In this document: positions 24,221 to 38,300 of the stretch, piece by piece
Position numbering within the stretch: position 1 is the first letter of the stretch
Layout of the letters: the number at the start of each line of letters is the position of its first letter
Assembly: GCA_965649765.1 (NCBI GenBank)
Contig: OZ287752.1
Location: 46,500,001 to 46,564,000, forward strand
From: Bispira polyomma
Taxonomy: Eukaryota
Reading direction: 5' to 3'
Length of the DNA stretch: 64,000 nt
Notes under the pieces: model-generated
What the model saw: the letters and a program-made list of their open reading frames with translations, nothing else
What the model was told of the DNA's origin: nothing
The model's database searches: none
Position numbers and translations under genes: made by a program

Positions 24221-25045
24221 CTAAAACTGAGCTGTAAAGTTCACCTGGTGCAGAATAGGTCCATTAATTGATTTTGTGATGTACATAATAAAATTACATT
24301 TTTTCACATATTTGTATTTTGATGATACTTATGATATATGCATATCGTAATAAATAAGATACACACTTATACATTGAGCCATTAGGAAATATAATATGTT
24401 CAATATTGCACAAAATTACAGCGGTTGAAAGTGAAAAATTAAGAAAATTAGGCACATTAATTGATTTTTGCTTCTGTGGTTGATGAAATGATGTTCACAT
24501 TTTTGGAGTGTAACAGCTTTCCTAATCAACTTAGAGACAAAGATATTCTTGCATACTCGTTTGTACTTTTTAATGTTATTTCTTGAGGTTTTAAGTAGGG
24601 GTGTGACATCAGCAATTGTGGAAGATTCTGAAGGCAGCATTGTTAGAGTTTGTTTTCCAGGAAGAGATGTCAGAAGCCCAAATGACCTTGGAAACTTTAA
24701 ACAATACAGATATAAAGTAGTTCAAAAGACTATATATATGCCACCAATACATAGTATTCTATGTATTTGGCAGCGGGACTCCTGGCACACGGTATTGTAG
24801 TGCCTACTGATGATAATTGAGAATTATAACTACTAAATATATCACCAGCCAGGCAATGTTAAAGTAACTTGAAAGTTGTGTATCATTCATTAGAGGTCCA
24901 ATTTATAATGATTTTCAACTGGATGGATATTCTAGTTGTTTGACCATTGGTGTGGTCATGTATTACATTCTTTTGGAGGCACATTTCTAATAAAAACCTG
25001 GTCAAAAGATATCTACTTACTTTTTTATATTTATGTGTTACTTAG

Positions 25046-25147
25046 GTAGCTGTAATGGACTTAGTTGCAGCAGATAAAAGTAAAAGTCTCACTGCACCAA
25101 TATGGAAAACATATCAGACTCTTGTGAATGATGCGGGAAATGGTGAG
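25046..25147 (+). CDS. FUOM: Fucose mutarotase exon
   Basis: cttag|GTA...GAG|gtaggc, phase 0/0. Encodes VAVMDLVAADKSKSLTAPIWKTYQTLVNDAGNGE. Confidence 0.9.
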
Positions 25148-26208
25148 GTAGGCAGTGCAATTCAAATATTAACATTGACCTTTATTTCAACGTCCAAGTT
25201 GTCAGTTTGGTTAAACCATTTTGTGAAGATTCATTTAACTATGTTACATTTGTTTAAATTATATCTTGAATTTTACGACTAATTTAAAATAAAATTATGA
25301 AAATCATTAATATCTGAAAAAACTGTATTTACGGCTGACTCTTGACCCATTAGAGTGGATTATTTATATTGAAAATTAATTTCGATATTGAATATTCCAT
25401 CTTAAATTTCATAAATTTTAAAACTGTAATTTGTGGAGCGATTTTGAACAGGATTGGCAGTTTCTTTCAAGGCAGGAGTTTCCGTTCAGAAGAAATAGGT
25501 TTTTCCGGTCTGGAAGAAACATCAATCTTTTATTTCTTCCGCCCAAAGTGAAAGAATACATTAAGAACAAATTTATGTTAAAATATGTGTTCTTACTTGA
25601 AATGTAACTGTAATGCAATACATAATTTACTGATAGACTTAATCTACAATTTAAAAAATCCCTATGTATTGTGTTGTTTTTGCTTATTTTGTTATATTTT
25701 CACAAATTAAGTTAAATATTCAAAGTTACAACTCCATGCTATAAATCTGTAACCAAAAAATATACAACTATAATAATTTTTTTTTAGATCAAGCCTTGTT
25801 GTAAAACTGTCACTTTTTGTAAATGAAGCCATGTTATTTATTGTAGTTCAATGTATAGTGGTTTACTGTTATAAATAAAACCCTAGTAATGAGACAGCCA
25901 TCATTAAATTATTAAGAACACATTTTTCATCTATTGTGTTTTAATGTGCGTATGTTTTGTATATCTTAAAGCTTTGTTGAATAAAGTACATATTTAAATG
26001 AAACCCAATTTAACTGTATATGTTCCTAAATTAACTGATTTCTTAATGCAAAATTCCTCAGAATTTCCGGTTCCTTTCTTTTTTTCCATTTCTTCTATTT
26101 GTTCCAGTTTCTTTCAGTTTCTTTCACGTGTCCGGAATAAATACCTAACTTCCGGAAGAAATTCAACTCTAATTTTGCACTCCTTTATGATCCATTAAGA
26201 AATATAGG

Positions 26209-26523
26209 AAATACTATAGGGAGATAGGCACACTTACAAAATACTACAGGGACATAGGCACACTTACAAAATACTAAAGGGACATAGGTACACTTACAAA
26301 ATACTATAGGAACATAGGCACACTTACAAAATACTATAAAGACACAGGCACACTTAAAAAATACCTAAGGAACATCGGCACACATACAAAATACTAAAGG
26401 GACATAGGCACACTTACAAAATACTAAAGGGACATAGGCACACTTACAAAATACTATAGGGACATAGGCATACTTTAAAAATACTAAAGGGACATAGGCA
26501 CATTTACAAAATACTAAAGGGAC
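26209..26523 (+). repeat. 30-bp minisatellite, ~10.5 copies
   Basis: Unit AAATACTAAAGGGACATAGGCACACTTACA repeated head to tail. Confidence 0.95.
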
Positions 26524-26779
26524 TTTCGAGTGGAACGATAAGTTGGGGGATTCCCGATAGATCTTAACAATCGGCCCAAATTGACCTCCTGATGCACCAG
26601 TGGCTGCCCCAACTTTCCCAATCTGAGAAGGCGATCTGATCCACTCAGCCTGGTTTACGATAACTCAAGGAGGCCACCCAATTACTCTGACAAATCTTGG
26701 GGATTAACGTCAGCAAAAACCTAGAAATATCCAAGATTGTCACATATGAACCCTATATATAGGTGGTTCAACTCAAATC

Positions 26780-28877
26780 CAGACAGAATTAATTGTCAAG
26801 ATGGTTCTACAAAGAGTAATACAGATTATGAGGGTACTTTTTAATGGCTTCAATGCACCTGCAAGTGATGGGTTTTTACATCTGCAAAGACGAATAGACA
26901 TGTTAAGGAGAGAGACGGACACAGAGAATACATGCCAAGGAAAAGTCACGAGGAAGGGCCAGAAGTCAATTCTGGGTGAAGCCATGGCTCAAGCAATGTG
27001 AGGAACATGGACATTACTCTGCATCTCTCGCCTGCCTGGAGGAATTGTTGTCTTGCCCGACAACTCCACAGGGCTGGAAGAAAGTGGAGGGTTGTTTTTT
27101 ATAATTAACGAACAGCTCAGATAATGTTTTTGAAATATTTGGGTGGCCCTGATTGGTTTTGATTTAAACACTCTACTGATCTCGAAGGTTCAGCAGGGGT
27201 GGTGCTGAGGTGGAGGAGGCTGTTGTTATGACTAAGGTGGAGGCTGTGGTGGCTGTGGAGGAGGCTGTGGTGGTTGTGTCTGTGGTCTGATGCTTATAAT
27301 GTGGTAGCTCATATCCCCTGGGCCTATGCCCATATTTCTGACCATTGATGGTTGAACTGTTCCGAATGTCTGACTCCAGTGACCCGGGGTTGTCTAATGC
27401 CAAAATAGTCCCAGTTATACTAGATATACCAGCAACACTTCCACTTGGTGTTTGTGGTAGTTGAACTCTCTTGATTGGTGAAGGGTTTGGAGACTGTGAT
27501 ATCTGTGGTCTGGCTTGTGGTTGATTGCTGTTGCGGCTATGGGACAAAAGTAGGTGGCCCTATGCCATAGGAGGTACTCGGCTATGGTTGAAATTGGTGA
27601 TACTGTTGAAGTTGTTGATTGAAATGGATGAATTCAACCCTCTGTTGAGCCTGTTCCTGTAAGTTGCTGACCAGGTTATAGGACTCTTTCCTGAAGTTGT
27701 TGAACAAAGTTTTCGACAGTTTATCAGTCTGTAAGGATATCCAGTAAATGAAAGCGGCTCTTGGTCCCTCATGCTTTGGTTTGACAGCATCCTTCAGGAA
27801 GCCGGCTATCCCCACTTCCACCCTGGACATGCTGTCCTTAAAGTCGGCTGCCATTGCATCAAGGTGGTTTGTGGTGGACTGCCCTCCAAAGACAGATAAC
27901 TGTTGTAAAAGTCAGGCTGGTGACAACATGGAATCCTTCGTTTCCAAGTCAGCCTGGTCTGTGTCGGACTGGTACGCCATTGGTTTTTGGGACCTACAAC
28001 CAGCAGAAGCAAAGACAGAGGCAGGTGATATGGGTTTGAAGCCAGCCGTCCTGTTTACTTGGCGGATGATGTGAGGCCGCAGGAATTTGAAGTTATCCTT
28101 CACTCAGCTCCGTCTATCCGTCAACTCAGAGGGGGGGTTGCTTGAACTGACTTTGGCACAGTCAACATCCCGTAGATGATGCACTGGGAATGAAACCACT
28201 TCTCGACTTTCCCAGCATTAAGTCCCTTGACCCCGCAGAACTCCTTCCAGGTGACGTTCTTTTTATGGTTGTCCTTGTAGTCAGTGTGGCGTTTGTTGTA
28301 TAGCCACTCGTGGTTCTTGAGGAAGTCGATTACAACCTTCTCCTGTTCATATTTGAATTTGAATTGGGATATTTAACATCCACTCTAGTACCTGTTTAGG
28401 TTATATTGGGACAGGTAGTTGGAAATGCTCGAGGAAACACTGCATACAGTTGATCAAGGTTCTGCACTGAAACCAGCGGCCCACAGTAAGGAACTACAAC
28501 CTTTCCCACATAGGCATCGACGGGAGTCGAACTCACACTGCCCAGAGGTGAGAGACCAGTGATTGTGAAGCGCAATGCTTGCTGACCACTAGGCCACCGT
28601 GGCCCCCTTCTCCTGTTCAAGTCAATAGCACTCTCTTCATTTGCCCCTTTCTCTGCTTCCTTGAAAGGACCGCGACCTCAGCGTCACCAGTTGAATCTTG
28701 TCCCTCTGTATCTTGGGTCACTGTGTATTGCAGGGCTGTAAACTGAGATAACCGCGATGACTGGGTCTCCGATACCACAGTCAGAGCCTCTTCAGGTCTG
28801 TTAACATTAAAGTCCATATCCTCCTCATAATTATAAGTCAGCATCTTCCTCTTCCTTCCCCTCTTCTTGGGTGGCAT
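26780..28877. mobile_element. Internally deleted PIF/Harbinger element: transposase N-terminus (+) and MADF ORF (-)
   Basis: On + at ~26950-27040, RARSQFWVKPWLKQCEEHGHYSA parallels the transposase N-terminus at 60780-61190. On - from 28877: MPPKKRGRKRK...EQEKVVIDFLKNHEWLYNKRHTDYKDNHKKNVTWKEFC...KWFHSQCIIYG...FKFLRPHIIRQ (MADF), with a Q/T-rich C-terminus. Confidence 0.8.
28350..28605 (-). mobile_element. Full-length tRNA-derived SINE, family A
   Basis: A-box TGGCCTAGTGG, B-box GAGTTCGACTCC and (AATTCA)n tail. 14-bp TSD CCTTCTCCTGTTCA at 28336-28349 and 28606-28619. Interrupts the MADF ORF. Confidence 0.92.
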
Positions 28878-30437
28878 ATTTAATAAATAAAATCGACAAT
28901 GTACAATATAAAAACTTTTGAACTTTTAACTCACAAGAACAACAAAAAACACCTAAACTTAAAACGTATATCCAATGAAAATCAAATGATCCTCCCAATT
29001 ATACCCCGAGTGGCTCTCGATCCTTAGATTGGGACGTTCGGGAGCTATGTTCGGCTAAGTGGAACAGGGGTATTACGTTCATGGAGATGAAATTTAGCCT
29101 TACATTAATGTTGACAACCCCCCTGTCTACACACACATTTTCGACAGTTTTAACTGTTTTTCAATTCAAATACATATTATATAGAATGTATTGTCAGTTG
29201 AAGTTGAGCTATAGGTCAAAATTTGCAAAACAATTTTACTATCTCAGTACTTATAGAAGCTAGAAATTTAATAGTTATGTGTCCTGAAAGATATGACTTT
29301 TTACGAAATCAAAATCCAGTGATTATGGTCCGATATATTTAAAGTGAAACTTTACATTTATAAAAAAATATAAAAAAAGTCTACACTTTCCAGGAAATGT
29401 GTATTCGTTAAATTGAGATGTCTTTCTACTTATATTTAAACAACCTAAAATAATACGCTTTGTGTACGGAATTTAAATGTAATGAATATTAGCCAGGATA
29501 TTTGAAGAAAACGTGGTAAAAATCTAATACGTTTAGGGGTACAAACGGTAGATACATTGATCAAATCTCCATGATGAAGCTACATTTTTCAGATTGATAT
29601 ATGCAGAAAGATCAATTTAATACACTTTCTCTCAATGCAACCATTGCAAACACATAGCATTCGCTATGCAAACACAATCAAAGTTGTTTGCAATTATCAC
29701 GTAAGGAAGGCGACTTTTACATTCCTTGCTCCCTTTTGGCAAGCTGACCAGAGCAGTGTCAGGGCATTCTTCACTAGACTGTTGATTTCTCTACTTGACC
29801 AGTAAGCATTCTCCATCCAACCACAGCGATGCTAATTGGTTCTCATTGCTTCCTCTGAACCACATTTAAATGGTGCAATTCTTCTTCAAATATTTTACTG
29901 AACTGTTTCTCAACATGCCTAAGAAAACAGGATTCCCAAGGCTAGAAAAGGTAAACCTAAGATTGAGGATGTGGACACTGTGCCAGAGACGCAGCAGCCT
30001 GTGGACGCCCAGCCAGGGAGGATGAGGACTTACTTTTATGACATGCCAGGAGATCACTATCTCCAGAGACACTAGAATGATCATGGTCAAATTTTACTGT
30101 TTATTGTCCAGAGTAATGTGCAGTTATTGACGAGTTTTTTGTTTAGATTTAGTTGTAATAGGGGAATACAGGTGAAATATCTAGGTTTGTTGCCCTTGAA
30201 GGATAAATACTAGAGCACTAGCTAGACGTCATAACAGTGGTGGAAGATAAGACAAATATCCGGAATGGTGATTGCTGTCAATAATAACCAAACAAGTAGG
30301 GCAGCAAAGGTGTGAGGAGGCAGTGGAAGACGTTAAGATTGACGTGCGAACACGTCTGCTAATAGATCTAAAGAGTGGACTCAGAACACGGAACATCAGC
30401 CTACTCATTATTGATTACCAACATATTCATCTATCTA

Positions 30438-30837
30438 CGGAGCCCTGGAGGGGATTACAAACTGTGCGCCCGGTTTATAAACTGTAAGCACAGATTATTA
30501 AAATGTGCTCACAGATTATAAACTGTGATCACAGTTTAATTAACTGTGCGCACAGTTTATAATCTGTGTGCACAACAAACTGTCAGTACAGACTATAAAC
30601 CACAAGCACAGTTTATAATCTTGGAACATAGTTTAATGAACCGTGAGCACAGGTTAATAAACCGTGCACGCATTTTATAATTTGTGAGCACAGTATAATT
30701 TGTGCTCACAGATTTTAAACCATGCGCACATTTTACAATCTGGGCTACGAATTATAATCTCTGCTCACGAATTATAAACTGTGAGCACACAATATTCTAG
30801 GTAAAAAAACATTTATAATGTCCCTTCAAGGGCTCCG
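30438..30837. mobile_element. MITE with TA target duplication and internal ~20-bp repeats
   Basis: TA|CGGAGCCCTGGAGGGG...CCCTTCAAGGGCTCCG|TA. The interior is an array of ATAAACTGTG(A/C)GCACAG-like quasi-palindromes. Confidence 0.85.
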
Positions 30838-33239
30838 TATCTATCTGCTGTTTTATATGCAAATATTTCTGCAGCTTTATCCTTAATAAAGGGGCCTTTA
30901 GAACGACTGGTTGAATCAAAATGGGTTTTTTACACATCAGGTTAAATTTAACACTCTATTTTAAACTAAGTAGAAATTGGTTTATACTTGTACAGTGTTG
31001 TAGTGTTGTTGTGTTATGATACGGTCAGACACTGTGTATGGCTGGCACTGAAAGTGGGGGGTGGGGGGGGGGTGTTAAAGGGGGGCGGGTGAGTCAGATC
31101 TGGCTCTTGAGATATCTTGGAATTTATCACACCTGTCAAGATATCCATTTGACGCAGTGAGAGTGATCTACTTCATTCACTTAAGTAATTGTTATTATTT
31201 GGGCTCTTCCGATTTTCCGCCCCCGCATATTTGTTTTATAAGGTCATACACATTTAACATATTGGATTTTTATTTTTACATACAGCGTAAAAACAATAAA
31301 ATTGCATACCATAAAACACAATATAATGTATATGGAGTTGATTTATAATCATGCGGCGTCAAAATACATTGTTGAATTGTGACAAAATGTTTAATCCGAG
31401 CCCATGCAGGATAGTAGTAACACCAAATGTGCTGCTATGTTTTATGCCATTCAATCTTGGCAAGCATCATTAGAAGACCAAATAAGCCTTTCAAAGCATC
31501 CATTCTTTGAAATTTAGGATACTTCTCACTTCTACAGCCTATACATTGATAGATTGCAACCATATTTTAACATATGTCCTTAGGTCAATCTAAAGCTTAT
31601 TAATTTTCCAGTGTGTTTGGGTGAAACTTAATTCTTTCGCAAACAATTAGTCTTAAAACTTGGAGAACTTGTGCTGTATTTATAATATCAAAGGTTTTTG
31701 CATAAGAATGCCGTCACTTGTGCCTTCACTTGTGACGTCATTCTCATGCTTTAGTATGGGTTGGAGCTCTAAACATGTCGATAGCCTAATCTCAAAAGTG
31801 GTAGTGAGCTGTGGTCTCAAATTCGCATAGAATCTAGAGTTTGAGCTCTTGTGCTCCCGTTTTCGTTTCAAAACGAGACTGTGTATTAGCAATGAAGAAA
31901 GATGAAAAAACTGATTGCTTATCGATATATATTTGAAGTGCACCCAAAATTATGCAGTAAAATATGTAATCACATAAACTTAATGGATTATTATTTAGAT
32001 TATACCAAAATGGCGTTTGCAAAAGTTTCTGGTTTGGTTAACATTTTCACAGCCGTCGGATAAGCTGCACATAATCTCAACATCAATGAATTGGTGTCAG
32101 AAAATATCCTGCAAAAAACCAGAATTTTAATTAATATTTACTGCGTTAAATCAATTCAACTGCATTCACCAATATTGAACCCTAAATTTTTGTTTTTGTA
32201 TCACCAGATAGCTACTATTTTGTGCTTATAGTCCAAACATTTTACAGATCCAATAAATATTAGTTGATCTTTGTGAAGAAATCGTTGTAAAAATCTTAAA
32301 AATTTTGAGATAAATAGGCATTGATCAAATTATGATTTCTCTGTAATTACTTAAGCCAAAATTTTAAGATATATATATCATGAAACAGCAATTAATACAC
32401 TTCCTGACCCTTTTGACAGAATAAAATTTTAGTGAATATTAACTAAGATAGTAGTATTTATATTATACATACATATTTTACTGTGAATTCTATTTGTTTT
32501 TTTAATTGTCGCGAGAAATCTGCATATACCGAATGATCCATCACCTAGTGTAATAAGCCGGGATCTGTTAGAAACTGTGATTAAAATTCAAAATATATAA
32601 GACTAAAAAAAAATTAAAATGGTAAAATGGCAGTGTATTACCTCCCAATGAAGTCTGCGTCCTAATGGATGGATTGTATGTTTTAATTTGCATCTGGTAA
32701 CGAAAATCCATATGTAGTAACCACAACTCCACTCAAAAAATGGACTTCAAACTTATATCTATAAAGTTGAATAATAAGCAGTAAAATATGTGACAACACT
32801 TCACGACTCTGTTATAAAATGACAAAAGGTGAAAAATCCCAAATAGCAGTACCCTTTATTTATTTAATATTAAATTTTAATGAAAACCGAGAGCCGTGAG
32901 CGATAATAGAAGCTTTTCATCCATCAGACAACTGCTAAATAGTGACTGGTTCACTATTTTCCTCAGTAACTTGCTTTGTAGTGGCATTATCATGATATGG
33001 CCGCCAGGCCATTTTCCTCGTGTTTATTTCCTTATAGTATGTTCAAATTGTAAAATATTTAGTTAATCTGTATCAACATAGTGAATTTACTGGTACACAA
33101 CACCAGAAATATGAGTATGCTACAAACAGTACGTTTATATCATTACTCTGCCCTTTGTCCTTGTATACATGTTTGAGTGAGCTGCAATAGAGTAAGCTCT
33201 GGATCCAACCTTCCTTGTGGGTTTAACAGAAGAAACAAA

Positions 33240-34300
33240 GTCCATTACCTCTCTTCAGGTTACTGAAATAGAGAAGGGAAGTGAGCCTTGAATGTTGGTA
33301 CATGCATTTTGAACATAATTCTATAGTGAATGGGCGGCCAGTGTAGTTTTTTGAGGTATGGAGTGAGACTGATGCGAGTGCCCATAAGATAAATTACCCT
33401 GCATAGATAGTTTTTAATAGCCTGTAACTTTTTAATCTGTGACTTGTTTACTCCAAACAAAGGGAGTTGCGGTATGCATGGCGACTTACAAGGGCATTTG
33501 CCACAGTTTGTGATTCTTCGAATGTCATGAATATGGTTATAGCAGAAGCGGCAGATTTTACCAATATAAGTGTCAAATGAGAAGGCGGAGTCTAAAGTCA
33601 CACAAGCTTTTTGGCATTCTTGGAAGGTGGACATATTTACCCAGAAGGAAGATGGGAATAATAATTTTAAGAGCTCAATGTGTTTCTTATTTGCAGTGAG
33701 AATAAATTCAGTTTTGTCAGGATTCAATTTTAACTTGGAGTAGTTCATCTAAGCCTGGACAGAGGACAGACAGTCCGCAAGTATATCATCATTTTGAGGG
33801 TTAAGAGAGAGATAGACTTGAGTGTCATAGGCATACATGTAGTGTTTGATATTATGGTTATTGATGACAGTACTGAGGGGATGTGTATAGAGGGTAAAAA
33901 GTAGAGTCCTAAGGACAGATCCCTGGGATACTCTGTATGGTTGTTTGAAGGAGGATGATAAGTGATTGTCTAATTTCATTTTTTTTTGTGCTCTAAGAGT
34001 ACGATAAGAGGTGATCCAATCAAGAACATAAAAGTAAGCCATGGTCGATAGTATCAAAGGCTGCTAAGAGATCTAAAAGGGTGAGCGCCAGGTTTTCGTT
34101 GCAGTCCAAGGCAAGCTTAATATCATTACCAGTGGTAGATTGAAACTTTCTTTGAGCAGATTAGTGACGATTTTTAATGTTATATATGTTGAGGGGGTCA
34201 GAGATTTGTTGTCCTGCAGCTCAGCTTTCTCGATGAGATTATGGATAACAGTGAGATTTGACACACTGGTCGGTATTCATCTTGTTCAGTATATCATTTT
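33240..34300 (-). mobile_element. L2/CR1 LINE RT fragment (degenerate)
   Basis: Encodes VSQGSVLRTLLFTLYTHPLS...HYMYAYDTQVY, LKLNPDKTEFIL and LKKLHWPPIHYRIMFK. Confidence 0.88.
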
Positions 34301-35295
34301 GCTCTAATTAAAAAACGAATTGTACTAAATAGAGTACTTTCTTTATTCATCTGATGATTTGCCTTTCCAGTCAGAAGAGCCTTTTATGTGGACCTTTACT
34401 AACTAACCAAGTCACACTTTCATCTCGTTCAACACATGGCATTTACCAAGTCACAATTTCTGGCTTTAACCAGTAGACTATTAAAGTCCTTATCTCCACC
34501 AAGTTGGCGTCCACGAAGTTAGAGCCTTTGCTGTGTCTTTTAAAGCCCCAATCGAACAGAGGTTAATATCTTTTAAAGATCACCTGGGACCTAAAAATCA
34601 TATCGCCTGGGACCTAAAAATCACAGAGGTGTGTCATAATCCTGAAAAGAGATTTTAATGTTTGTGGGTGGTCTTGAAATGTTTAAAGACCACTCTAACA
34701 TTGGCTAGGTATTCATGTTTACAAGTGATTCCTTTCCAAAACCTTAAACGTTGGCAGTACAGCCGGGTAGTTGCAGGTAGTTGCCAACTAGTTGCTGGGG
34801 TGTCATACCAGTGGCACACCACAAACAGAAGATTCTTATGACACTGATCTACAATTGATCCACAACCAATGAGCAAAACATCACCTGTGATTGGTCAGAC
34901 ACTTTATTCTGGCTACTAACGGGCGATAAGTGAAACCTAGATTCTGAGGAAGATTGCCAGATATACCTCTGTCTATCTTGATTATACTTGTCTAGTTACT
35001 CAATCTCTATACATTTTTGTATGTAACGTTTTACCGTGACCTGGTGCACATGACCTGTACTATGTTGGGTAAAGCCTGGTGGCTTAACACTTTGCTTGGT
35101 GCAGGTCCTCTGGATTAGGCCAGTCATATTAAAAAAAATCCCATCTAGAACTCCTAGTTGATGCCGCTTTCCTTTTCATAGTAATAGTAATTTAAACTTT
35201 GAACACGCCCAATGACTATTTTACAGTGTAATAGACAACCTAATGGCTATATCTCTGGCAACTTATTTGTTAATATTTGTTTTTATTTCACACAG

Positions 35296-35369
35296 GTCAA
35301 AATTGAATATGTTGAGAGAATGCAGTTTTATGAGAGAGCAAGAAAGGCTTTTGCAGTTGTTCACACTGG
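35296..35369 (+). CDS. FUOM: Fucose mutarotase exon
   Basis: cacacag|GTC...GG|gtaaga, phase 0/2. VKIEYVERMQFYERARKAFAVVHT(G) matches the ERFEFYERAKKAFAVVATG signature. Confidence 0.95.
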
Positions 35370-38300
35370 GTAAGATTATTAAAATGTAAGTATTTTTTTG
35401 CTAATAATAGGACTGTCAGCAACAAAGCAAACTGCCAATACTTATTAGTGGGCCAGTCATATTCCTTTCAAACCGTTCCTGTATTCCATTTGATCAGTGT
35501 TGGTTTTGTAAATGTTTTGTAATAATTGTGACTTGGATATTTGTTTCATGATGTGACATAATGTCATACAGTATTGTCAACCATTATGACTGTAAGTCGG
35601 TACATTTATAAAATTTCTTTTTGTAAGTTTTGTAAAAAACAACATTAATATAATACTTAAATTAAGTTGAATTAAATACATCATGTTATAATATTAATGT
35701 CAATATCACTGATAGACAAGTAATTGACATGTAAATTTCATGTCACCTCTACCAAATCAATATAATATTGGTAAGATGTTATCGATTTTTCAGTCCCTGA
35801 TTTATTTCCATGGGTCTGGATACACATAAGCATTCGAGTCAACATCTTCTCCTAAACAAACTTCGGGTCTAAGTATGAAAATTTGTTCAGGGCATCCGGA
35901 TCAGGTTATTACTTGGGTTGCAAACATTTTTTTAATTTTTCCTTTGTTTCTTGTATAAACAGCAATTTATTCTTCTTAAGAACTCTTGAAGGGATCAGTC
36001 ACAAACATATGACTTACCACATATATATTAAATATTGTATATGGCATTTGGACTCAGGGCTTTAGTGTAGTTTTTATGAATTTTTAAAATATTTGAAACT
36101 TTTCAATATTCAGAAAATATCAAATATATCATTAACCATTGTGTTTAGAGACTTAAAATGTATTATGAACATATTGGAAACAGGGGTAAGATAATCTAAT
36201 GCACTGGTCAGATTTGATGTGTGACCTTGCATTCAAGGTCAAAGGGGGTAATGAATGTCAACTTCTAGTATTTTGTCTCATATCTAAAAAAATATTACTT
36301 GCGGGGATATAACTTGCTGGGATATATATGAAGGGCTTTATAATCTTATAGGTGAGGTTGTAAACATACAGAGCCATGGTTTTGCCTTATATCCCCTTTA
36401 TTATTGGATTTAGGTCCTTGTAATATAAAATGTGTTCATAGGCAACCTGGATCAGGTAATCTATTGTATTGGTTTGTTACTCCATTTGAAGCTATGATAA
36501 CTTAGACATTCGAATTGGGAGAAATTTGCAAGAAAGGTGTAAGAAAAATGCAAAGAAATATCAGTATGGCAGATATATAACAGGGTACCAGACAAAGTCA
36601 AAGTTTATCCACAGAATTAAAATAAATATTAGATGCCGCAGTTTTGACAAATACTAATTTAAAGACACTTTTCCAAACCATAAAAGAAAACAATGTCTTT
36701 ACTTGTGTTCTACGTTATAGTTGTAATATTATACAACATTCAGCTAACCCTTACAAATAAAATTCAATATTTTTCTAAACAAAACACAAGATATCTGGTT
36801 GACACCTGTTTGATTAGTTCACATACCATCACCACCCTGTGAAACGCTGTTTCTCTACTTTATATATATATTTTAGTTGTTTATGGCTACAAAAGGTTAT
36901 GATAATTTGTTTATACAAATGTTAATGTAAGCCCTTTGAGATTCGCTTCACTTTTGAGGGTTCCCTTATGTGTTTTTTATATACAAGTTTCAGTGTATAT
37001 AGTGTTTCTTGAACAGATTATGTCAGCTTGTCACTGGGAAATCTACAGATTTAAGATAGCATGCTCATCCGATGAACATATCTCAAGCTCACAGGAGGTT
37101 GGGCCAAACCACCAGAATGATATATTTGATCATATTGCTACCTCAACTGACCAACGATTGTTGTAAAAAGCTAATAAAACTATTGTTTTGGCACTGGTAA
37201 AATCATTGAATGTTCACCAAAAGAACATGACCAACTGCAATGCCCTTGAGAGGTCTTTAGATGATATTATTCTGGACAATCAGTGCCGTCTGCCTGTACT
37301 ATTCTACGTTTCTGCATTTTTTCATAAACCATTTTATAATTTTAATCACAAATATTGTATTTCCATTTTAAGCGGTACACAAACAAAATAACTAACAAAT
37401 ACTTATTCCCGGGTATCCTGTAAGCCATTATTTGTTATTATTTCTGAGGTATAAATCGAAAACCATCTTGGATTTTCAAGTAAATAAAAGTGATCTAATT
37501 TTGATTTAATAATGTTTTGAGAATAATTTTTGATCATTTCAATTGTGTTTTTTTACATTACTTTGCTCCTCACAGAGAGTTCTGGCCTGTGACCCACTTT
37601 GCATGGAGTGTTATTACCCACATTTTATTCTCTACCTCGATATTCTGATGACAGGAAATGATGCTAGGCAACAAGTAAACACATTAATGTCCTATACAAT
37701 ATACTGTTTGGAGGAAATTGGCGAGGCTGTGAAATAGAACATACATCATGACTACTAGAAGTGGGTGTCAATTACTTGCAATTTGGGAATTGTTTCAAAT
37801 GGTAATACCAACATAAATAAAAGCAATGGATGAAAACTGACATTGTGTGTCAATAAAACAATTCCTTCATATTTAAAATGTGACATCAGGTCAAACTATA
37901 TCACTCAACCAATTTTTGATGAGTCACATTGGTTAAGACAGAGCAAACAGGAAGGCAGAATATAATTCCTGACGAATGGCATCACTTCTTGTCGTATTTC
38001 CTGCTTTGTGTAAAATTTATAGATGTACAGTGAACAAATCTCGACCATGCTGTTGTGAATAGCCATCTAAAAACTGGCTCTTATACCGGAAAATAAGTTG
38101 TCCTCAATCATCAAGTTACCAAATACCAAGTACAAACAATAATAGAAAGGACTAAACTTTCTCCAGCTATACTTTTTATGTGATTTAGCAGTGATAAAAT
38201 GAAAACAAAACATCAACCTAAACATTTCCCAGTGATCTGAGTGAAGTGAAACTATTGTATTTGCACAGTATTAGCAATATTTTAATAGAAGAAAACATAT

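Noticed and set aside
26209-26523. 30-bp repeats as a CRISPR array or coding repeat
   Set aside because: Simple minisatellite without spacers or an ORF.
28520-28605. tRNA gene (also at 45270 and 60855)
   Set aside because: The A/B boxes belong to SINE heads that continue into shared bodies with tails and TSDs. No complete cloverleaf.
29680-30090. Coding-like, GC-richer - strand segment
   Set aside because: Stops interrupt the frames and no motif was recognised. Probably an unidentifiable TE relic.
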